Positions 36,370 to 47,817 of a DNA stretch of 47,817 nucleotides are shown here, piece by piece. The notes under the pieces were generated by a model, which saw only the letters and a list, made by a program, of their open reading frames with translations, did not search any database and was not told the DNA's origin. The DNA comes from Octopus sinensis. Taxonomy: Eukaryota. A program made the translations under genes and the position numbers. How positions within the stretch are numbered: position 1 is the first letter of the stretch; each line of letters starts with the position of its first letter. The stretch spans positions 1 to 47,817 of the forward strand of contig NW_021834498.1 in the NCBI RefSeq assembly GCF_006345805.1, read 5' to 3'.

Positions 36370-36421
<52 letters not shown>

Positions 36422-37171
36422 TATTTGTTTTTATTAAATAATTATTACATACACAGGATCATTATTCGTGCTGTTACACGTGACTATGTATTTGTTTTCA
36501 AGCAAAATGGTCGAATAGAAAATATTTACGATTGAAAATGAAGGTAATGCATCAATTAAAAATACACACATACACATATGAATACATAATGCACAAACAC
36601 ACACATGCCCACACACAAACACACACACACATAAATATATACCCCCACACAACGAAACATACAAGCACACACATAAAAACAAATGCACACACACACATAC
36701 ATACATACATACATACATACATACATACATACATACATACATACATACAATCACACACACACATACATACATACAAACATACTTACATACATACATACAT
36801 ACAAACAGATAGAGAGATATCAGCTTAAATAAAAAAGATGCTTAACAAAAATAGTGCAAAAATGGAATGCATTCGAAGAATATCGCCAAACAAATGCTTG
36901 CTTTTGGTATTTTTTCCACTCTCTATTGACGTTTTAGTCTGAAATATGTAAGTAATTTTAACATACTGAAAAGATATAGCCATTTCCAATCATAAATATA
37001 TACACAACCAATTATACGTAGGTTGTTTTTCGGGCGTGTTTGCTTCATTGTTTTTCAAGGGTTTGTAGTTTGCAAACAACCTGAACATAAACAAAACTCA
37101 ACTACATGAACACACAAACATATACACAAAGCACATATACAAACACACCAACATAGAATATATATATATAG

Positions 37172-37218
<47 letters not shown>

Positions 37219-37331
37219 GATGTCTGTGTGTGTGTATGTATAAATTTATAGGAAAGTATATTTGTTTAAAAAATACTTAGTGACATGTAATTGGTTGTGT
37301 GGAGTAAGCTAATCATAACACTATCAGTGAG

Positions 37332-37383
<52 letters not shown>

Positions 37384-38177
37384 TTACATATATACATATA
37401 TACATATATATACATATATATACATATATATATATATATATACATATATACATATATACATGCACTCATATATATATGAATGGATATATATATGTATGGA
37501 TATATGTATATATGTATATATATATACATATACGTATATATACATATATAAGTTCTCATATGTGTATATATTTATAGTTTACTTATATCAGCATTGAAGT
37601 CTCTCTGTGATTTAAATAAACAATTAAAATGGCTGACTTTTTTATGTCAGAACACCTTACGTCGATTCGCGTGTATGTTCTTTGGACAGACAGACAGACA
37701 CACATACACATACACACACACGCACACACACGAAGATACCTGTACCACAACCATTCACATCTCAATGACATCTGCATATATATATATATTACGCGTATAA
37801 CTATGCATATGCACGGGTGTATACCGTGTAAGTATGTCTATATTAATATTCTGTTCAGTAAGAGAAGTTTTTCTCCCTATGAGATCAGATAGCATATCTT
37901 TCCTAAACACACACTTCCCACACTTATACTTCTATCTATGCATATATATACAAATGAATGTGTGAGTATATATGCGTATATATTGATGCATATTTATGTA
38001 AAACTTCATGTTCTTCATATATCTGTGTGTGTGTGTGAGTGTATGTATGTATGTGTGTGTGTGTGTCATACATTTCGCATTCTCTGTGCAGTTCAACCTC
38101 CCCCTCACTTCTTCTTCTTCTTCTGTTTCTTCTTCTCCCCCTCCTTTTTACTACTACTACTACTACTACTACCATAG

Positions 38178-38375
38178 TTGTGAGCTGGCAGAATAGTTAG
38201 AACGCCGGGCAAAATGCTTCGTCCGACTTTACGTTCTGAATTCGCATTCCGCCGAGGTCGACATTGCCTTTCATCCTTTCCGGGTCTATAAATTAAGTAC
38301 CAATTGAGTACTGGGGTCGATATAATTGACTAGTCCTCTCCCGCCAAATTTCAGGCGTTGTGCCTTTAGTAAAGA
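38178..38375 (+). mobile_element. SINE family B
   Basis: Homologous to 43414-43785, ends TTGTGCCTTTAGTAAAG followed by simple repeats. Confidence 0.72.
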
Positions 38376-38383
38376 GGATTGTT

Positions 38384-39485
<1,102 letters not shown>

Positions 39486-39727
39486 CTCTTGTAATGTTGT
39501 CATAACTTTCATTGAATAAACATATACATTCATGATACTTACATAGACACAGACACACATATGTGTGTATATATATACGTATATATATGTATATGTGATT
39601 GTGTGTGTATGTGCATGGACATGTATATATAATTATATTCATGTAAATGAATAATGCAAATATATATTCATGTATATACTTATGCCCCCATATACACACC
39701 TATGTATACAAATGTGTATGGTTACTA

Positions 39728-39816
<89 letters not shown>

Positions 39817-40328
39817 TATATAATACGTATATACTTATATGTATATATAAACATATATACTACATTACGTATAAATATCTCTATATCTTCAGAAACATAT
39901 TCATATGTCTATATATATATACATATATTTAAATGTATACGTACATATAGATGTATATATATACAGACTTACATATATATATTCATGTATATCTGATATG
40001 TATACACACACACACACACACATATATATATATGTATACATATACACACACATACACCTATACGTGCCTGAATATATTGTAAATATATATACACATCCAT
40101 ATATACATACATATATGCATCCTAATGCACATGTAGATATATACATAAATGCGTGTATATATGTGTTTGTGCGCGCGCATGCATATTGAAATATATTGAA
40201 AACTAAATATATATGTATTTGTATGTATTTCTGTAACGCTCCCTCACACTCCCTCCCTTCCTCACTCCCACCCTCTCAACTATTTACTCTCTCTCTCGCT
40301 CTCTCTCTCTCTCCGTATATATATATAG

Positions 40329-40369
<41 letters not shown>

Positions 40370-40762
40370 GTATATACCTATATATATATTGTTAGGTATA
40401 TATGCATATGTACATACATGTGTGTATAGATATATATCAGCACAAACAAGCATAATACACGCATACATATATTTGTTTTGCTTTTATATTTCAATATTCA
40501 GAAATATTCGGTAAATCAGGCGAAATTATATAGGACTGCAATCAATTGTGTTGGCACGCATACATATAGAACCGCACAAAAATACAAACAACAAACACAA
40601 AAACGAGTGTATAAATATCAATAAGAAAAACAACAATAAGGATATCAACACGAAAAATAAATATATTAGCATTTACAACAATATATACGAAAATAACACA
40701 AAAGAAACATCAACAACGACAACAGCATCAATAATATTATTATCATTATTATTATTATTATT

Positions 40763-40831
<69 letters not shown>

Positions 40832-41455
40832 GATAATAATAAGAACAAAAAATGTGTTAAAATTCTATGTATGTGTATGTGAAAAGCAATAGGAAAAGGC
40901 GAAACAAACACCAATATTATCATCATCATTAACAGCGTAAACAACAATAAGAATAATAGCAACAACAATAATAAGGACGATGTTTATGTTAAACACAATA
41001 GCAAGAACAACAAGAAGAACAATAGTTAAGATCAACAACCACAACAACTAACCACAAGAACATCGGAATTATGTGTAGCATTAATAATTGTAGCTTTATA
41101 ATAAGGGAAACAAATATAAATAGATCTAAAAAAAAATAACCATGTACGCGGTGATATATGTATGTATATACATACACACACACACACACACATATATATA
41201 TGTATATATATACATACATGAATATATATATATATGTATATATAAATATATATATAAACATATATATATATCTATATATATATGTGTGTATATATATATA
41301 ATATTATATATATTAATGTTATGTATATATATAGAGAGAAATATTTATGCGTATATGGAAATGCATTTGTATGTACACATATATACACACACATGTATGC
41401 ACCACACATGCACATATAGAGAGAGATATATACAATACCTGCATTGATACACACA

Positions 41456-41507
<52 letters not shown>

Positions 41508-41613
41508 ATATATAGCATACTTGACTCCATATACATACTATATTATATATTCATACAATCATCTATCATATATTATGTATATATATTTATATTTATATAT
41601 AATATATATGTTG

Positions 41614-41658
<45 letters not shown>

Positions 41659-42152
41659 CACACAAACAGACATTCACACAGAAACATACAGCCATTTATA
41701 CGCATGAGTGCACGTGCACATCCGCCTGAGTGTATGAGGAACTCCAAAGTAGCGATCCTTTAGATTTCGTTTAAATAAACACTGTGTATGTGTGTGTATT
41801 CGTTTTTATGAGTGTGTATATATACATATATCCACCTATTTCGGTATGTATGCACATATATGTATGTGTGTATGTGTTTTCTGCCACAAGGAGAATTGAC
41901 GCTGACAGCAAGCATTAACAAGTGAAAACACTACTACTGATGATGATGAGGGTTACTATGACGATGATGAAGATGATGACAACATCCACGACGAGGATAA
42001 TGAAGAGAACTACGATGATGATGGTGATGATGTTGTTAAGTAAGAGATGTTGTGATATTCATGCAGCATTTACAATAATCTCTAAAATATCTCATTAATA
42101 TTGTTGTTGTTATCATTGTCATTAGTTATTTAAAGAGTATAACTGTCAGAAT

Positions 42153-42525
42153 GTGGAGGCGCAATGGCCCAGTGGTTAGGGCAGCGGACTCGCAGTCGTA
42201 GGATACCGGTTTCGATTGCCAGACCGGGCGTTGTGAGTGTTTATTGAACGAAAACACTTAAAGCCTTACGAGGCATGGCGTGAGCTGGTGGTGAACCCTG
42301 CTGTACTCTTTCACCACAACTTTCTCTCACTTCTTTCTTCCTGTTTCTGTTGCACCTGTATTTCAAAGGGCCAGCCTTGTGTCACGCTGAATCTCCCCAA
42401 GAACTGCATTAAGGGTACACGTGTCTGTGGAATGCTCAGCCACTTGTACGTTAATTTTATGAGGAGGTTGTTCCGCTGACCGGATCAAATGAAACCCTCG
42501 TCGTCGTAACCGACGGAGTGCCAAG
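42153..42525 (+). mobile_element. tRNA-derived SINE (family C) with 14-bp target-site duplication
   Basis: A box TGGCCCAGTGG and B-box-like GGTTTCGATTGCC. Flanked by ATAACTGTCAGAAT (42139-42152) and ATAATTGTCAGAAT (42526-42539). Confidence 0.85.
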
Positions 42526-42869
42526 ATAATTGTCAGAATATTTACTATTTCCGCCGAAGTATCTTATTGCTATGTAGTCACAACTATTTGTTCTCTAGCT
42601 CCAAATCCTCACCAACTCAGCTTTGCCGTTCCTCGTTCTGCGGTTAATAAAACATTGGTCAATGGAGAACTGGAACTGAGGTAACCCACTTCATGCCCCA
42701 CTCTCCTCCAACACAAAAATTTGAGAAAAACTTGCAATGTATTGTGCCGATATAAAATACCATCGTCAATAAAATATTTACATTTTTATTCTCGTCAGCT
42801 TTCAATGGTTGGTAACCATATCATTTTCCTGAGTTGAGTAACATGTATTTTGTTTTACGCATTTTTCAT

Positions 42870-44060
42870 CATATCTCCAGCTTTAGCACTGCTTCCGTGT
42901 CGGGACCTTCTTTGTTTCGGTTCCATTATGTGTTCGCTGTTTTCTCTAGCAATTCCGCTTCCTTTTGTTTCATGCCTCTTTCTTCCAGCCAGTCGTCATC
43001 TTTGACATCCATGTCATCTTCTTCTCCCTCTATTTCATCCCTTTCTATCTTTTCGACCATTGCTAACTTTTCTCGGCTCTCTTTCCTCATCACGTGACCG
43101 TGAAAGCTCAGTTGCGAGACTTTTATTTCATGAAGCAGTTTCCTATTTAAAGCAGCCCTGGTTATCCCTTCTTCGTCAAACACTTTGCATGCGCATGCCA
43201 TTCCTCAATATTAAGAGACTTAAGGGGATTAAGAACTACATTTCACACCCCTCCCAGCCCCTTCTCATTTCTAATGTTACAGACCATACCTCACATCCAT
43301 ATATTAACACAAGGTAGACACAGCAGTTCAATATACAGAAACTGTTCTTGATGCTCAGAGTACAGTCTCCCAAGATGTTATGCAATTTCGAGAAAATAGA
43401 CCTTGTCAGCGCTGGCGAAGAGCTGGCAGAAACGTGAGCAAGCCGGGCGAAATGCTTAGCGGTATTTCGTCTGCCGTTTCGTTCTGAGTTCAAATTCCGC
43501 CGGGGTAGACTTTGCCTTTCATCCTTTCGAGGTTGCACTGGGGTCGATATAATCGACTTAATCCGTTTATCTGTCCTTGTTTGTCCCTTCTGTGTTTAGC
43601 CCCTTGTGAGTAGTAAAGAAACAGGTATTTCTTCTGTCTTTACGTACTGAGTTCAAATTCCGCTAAGGTCGACTTTGCCTTTCATCATTTCGGGGTCGAT
43701 AAATTAAGTACCAGTTGCGTACTACGGTCGATCTAATCGACTGGCTCCTCCCCCAAAATTTAGAGCCTTGTGCGTACAGTAGAAAAAATCTCCTTCACAC
43801 ATCTTGCCTCTTCAGTGATCAAAGATAGTTGAAAGATGATACCTGCTTAATGATTTGATTGTTCACTTTCAGCATGCACTTTGGGCTTCTCTTCTTTGTC
43901 ACAATCTTCACCATACTCTCTTTCTTCTTGCAATTTATGACCCTCCCTCTCACTTTCTCCAACGGCTACATCCAGAAGTCTCTGAAGTTCTTTTACCGAT
44001 TCTTCGACTAAAACTGTGTCATCTGCATATGTTATGTCTGTAGTGTCTGGACTTTGCACT
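42870..44060 (-). mobile_element. Degenerate RTE-clade LINE reverse transcriptase fragment, interrupted by a SINE
   Basis: TYADDTVLV..SVKELQRLL (43847-44146 ORF), VYLVLIYGCEVW (43236-43538 ORF) and QLSFHGHVMRKE (42926-43201 ORF) occur in the order expected for RTE RT and its C-terminus. Confidence 0.8.
43414..43785 (+). mobile_element. SINE family B, dimeric copy inserted in the RTE fragment
   Basis: GAGCTGGCAGAA...CTGAGTTCAAATTCCGC...GACTTTGCCTTTCATC; the body occurs twice (about 43455-43620 and 43625-43785). Confidence 0.75.
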
Positions 44061-44165
44061 CCAAGGTTTTGTGAAACACAGATTAATTGCGGTCTTTTTT
44101 TCAGCTCAGAACATAAAGCTGGAAGAAATGCAGCTAAGCATTTCATCCGCCAAAGATTCCGCCAA

Positions 44166-44227
<62 letters not shown>

Positions 44228-44560
44228 AAATTACCACCACTAATACTCATATTAGTAACGAATGAAGAAGAAGAAGAAGAAGAAGAAGAAGAAGAAGAAG
44301 GGAAGAAGAAGAAGAAGAAGAAGAAGAAGAAGAAGAAGAAGAAGGAGGAGGAGGAGGATGACGGTGTGATATAAATATGAAAATACTACGTATAAGACAA
44401 TCGAGTTAATAAAAACAAAACTGCTTTTGATATATTTCCTCCGGACACAGATTCGTGTTTCTACCACTGTGAGCATTAAAGCAAATATTTTGTTGCTGTA
44501 GAGAATGCCTATTTCAAAATTTACGATTCATATACGAAGACGATGAAATTTACAAACTAA

Positions 44561-44917
44561 TCTATATATATTTAAAGCTGAAGTTGTGTGTATGTGGCAG
44601 GTTTGGTAGCCTTCGACTTACACTATCCCCTCCGAGACCCTGCGGTGCAAGTTGACCAAAATTGAGAGTATGATAGAAGAAAGCTTACTCTTCATTCTGT
44701 AGGAGATAAAATTCAAATCGAACCATGTTAACAACAAAAATTATTTGCATAAAAAATGTGCTTTTCTCTATGAAAATCCCTTTTTTTACGATTTTTTGAC
44801 TGCTGTGTATTTCAACCAGAAAAATAACAAGCTACATAATGCAAAATTTTTACTTTTCAGAAATTCCAATTCTAAAGGGTCGAAACGAACCCCAGCAACG
44901 CCGGGCGATACTGCTAG
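44561..44917 (+). mobile_element. Non-autonomous Helitron
   Basis: A|TC 5' end, sub-terminal hairpin CCCAGC-AAC-GCCGGG and CTAG|T 3' end, inserted at an AT dinucleotide with no TSD. Confidence 0.85.
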
Positions 44918-45341
44918 TATAATGATATAACCATCATGCTTAGTTCTATAAATGGATTTATATTAAATTTATTATGTTTTTTTTTTCTAATTTTTGCCAA
45001 GTTACTTTTTCAAGTTGTAATTCACTCACAAGGCCATCATTAAATTCATTTTAATGTTGGATATGTTAGAAAAACATATGTTAGAAAAAGTTTTGTTGGA
45101 AGACCATTGTGAATGTATTACATGTACATATTTAACTTAAAATGCTCAATATGTTTTCTAAGTTCTATAAGTTTCAATGTCGCTATATTTCAGAATGTTA
45201 TTGCTGCAAACATGAATTCGTTTCCTGTTTAGCTGTCTCTTTGCTAACGTGCTTTACATAGGAAAATATTTCCGTTATATAGTCTAGATATTTATTTCTA
45301 TTTTTACATATACATTTATGTATGTATATATGTGTCGATAT

Positions 45342-45375
<34 letters not shown>

Positions 45376-45940
45376 TGTATGTATATATATACATGTATAC
45401 ATAAATATATATATATGTATCTATATATATACACACACACATATATATATATATTTATGTATATACATACATATACATAATACATATGCCTACATACATA
45501 CATACATATATATATACATATATATATATATATATGATGTATGAAAGCATATATATTTACACCCATAGATTCACTGTAATTCACGTATATAGGTATTTAA
45601 AGTATGCATATGTTCATGTATATATGCATGTGTATATGTGGTGGGAAGAAAGATGTAAACATGTATATGAGGAATTATATAAGTTAAACACCCCACCACA
45701 CACACATACATATGTATATATGTATGTATCTACTCACTCGAACGTTCGCACTGGACAAAGTGTATTTAAATCTATATGCAAATTTATGTATATATACACA
45801 TGGATAGATTATGGAATTATATATTCGAAAGAGTATGCATAAGGGAGCATGATAAAGCATACAATATATATATATATATGCACGTTGTGTGCACAATATA
45901 TCACTTATCCACTCATAGACACATACATTCGCATTTATAT

Positions 45941-46001
<61 letters not shown>

Positions 46002-46772
46002 CATATGTGCCCCTGCGTATGTGTTTGTCTGAGCCGTTTTTTTGCAAATTGATACACACATATATGAGAAAGCTATATTCGTACAGACGTAATACAGTCA
46101 GACATAGGAACAGATATGCACTGATATATATATATGTGTGTGTGTGCGTGCCTGTGTCTGAGTAGTGTTGTGTGTTGTTCGTATGTAGGTATAAATGGAT
46201 GCGACTTGGATGCTTTTTTCGCATGTATGTATTGCATATGCATATAATATATATATATTTATATATATATATTATATATATATTATATAATATATATATA
46301 TATATAATAGTAATTTCTAGTCAATAGATACATACACAAATAATTCCTACATCTCTACTCACTCCATATACTCGTAGCTACATATACACACAGTACGTAC
46401 ATACACAGCCATACATGCATGCATATAAACACACCTGCAATCTCACCGGCATACACATAAACATTCCATACTTGAATATATGCATGCATACAAACATGTA
46501 TACATGCATATATATTTATATACATACATACCTGTATGTGTGTGTGTTTGTGTGTATACATACGAACCCACATGCACACATACACTTATATCCGACATTC
46601 ATACAAACACACATTTATACATGCATTGAAATATACACGCATACACACACAGGCATACAAACATAGTTATTTACATACATACATGCACACACATACACTT
46701 ACGCACATTCAAACAGATATATATATGCTCACATGCATATACACACACATATATTAGTACATACATACATAT

Positions 46773-46805
<33 letters not shown>

Positions 46806-47655
46806 CATACAAATATATACACATACATTCATACATACATTCATACATACATGCATACATGCATACATACATACGTGCATAGATACATACATACATACGT
46901 ATATACATTCATATATACATATATGCATGCATACATACATGCACACATGCACTCATACATACATACAGACATACATGCATGCATACATACGTACATGCAT
47001 ACATTCATTCATACATACACGCATGTATTCATACATACATACATACATACATACATACATACATACATACATACATACACACATGTATTCATACATACAT
47101 ACATACACTCAACACACACTTAGCAACTGGAGTCTGTAGATATATGTAAATTGATGTAAATGGATGAAAGGAAAAGAAATGGATGGGACGCGGGAGGGGG
47201 TGAGGGGGGTGTTGCAGGGATGTAGAATTTAGAGTTAGAGGAGGAGGAGGGAGCAGTGCTGGGTGTGTGTGGAGGCGCGGGTGGGGGTGCCGAGATGAGT
47301 TGAAAGCGTAAATCCATCTCACTGTACGACAAGTTAAAAGCGAGAAACAGGCCTCGGTCTAATATAACTAACGCACGTCTGACGGCACTAATTATATGAG
47401 TGCTGAGCAGCCAAGTTCCTTTCTCAAACACACATGAACACACACACACAAACTCACACACACACACACACACCACACGCCAACACACACACCCACACAC
47501 AGATACACATCGTTATGTTCAGTCACATTATGATCAAAAGTTACATACAGACATTTAGATGTATAGACGCATACACACATAGACACACGCACACACACAT
47601 ACACACACACACACACAAACACGCACGTATATCTGCATAGAAGTTTGGAGATGAT

Positions 47656-47691
<36 letters not shown>

Positions 47692-47817
47692 ACATACATA
47701 TATGTATACATGCAACTCCTTTACATGCAGCGAAGCATTATTATGAGACGGTACACTACACGTCAAAAGACACACCCACAGGAGTCCGTAGTATCGACAG
47801 CGAACAGTGATGCAGTC

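Noticed and set aside
41890-42045. Acidic (Asp-rich) coding exon ending at AA|GTAAGA
   Set aside because: Better explained as a decayed (GAT)n microsatellite, with an in-frame stop just upstream.
42153-42230. tRNA gene
   Set aside because: A/B boxes present but no complete cloverleaf; it continues into a SINE body bounded by a TSD.

Overview
AT-rich eukaryotic (animal) nuclear DNA dominated by microsatellites ((TA)n, (CA)n, (TACA)n, (AAT)n, (CTT)n, (CAT)n). The composition and repeat content resemble a coleoid cephalopod (octopus-like) genome; that is an inference. Almost all ORF-track entries are microsatellite artefacts. One host gene is visible but was missed by the ORF track: a divergent NK-like (ANTP-class) homeobox gene on + with exons 13536-13690 and 18055-18327, joined by a non-canonical GC-AG intron at homeodomain codon 44/45. 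Its N-terminal exon was not located. Other features are an ND1 mitochondrial insertion (NUMT), a near-intact Penelope-like retroelement (RT + GIY-YIG) with a rearranged 5' end and a U3-A8 variant minimal hammerhead ribozyme in its 3' region, and a full-length mariner nested in a SINE. There are also a two-5'-end mariner foldback, two DD37D/maT-like transposon relics, two non-autonomous Helitrons, RTE and R4/Dong-like LINE fragments, several SINE families and palindromic elements inserted in TA arrays. A candidate conserved RNA structure is shared by two otherwise dissimilar repeat families.
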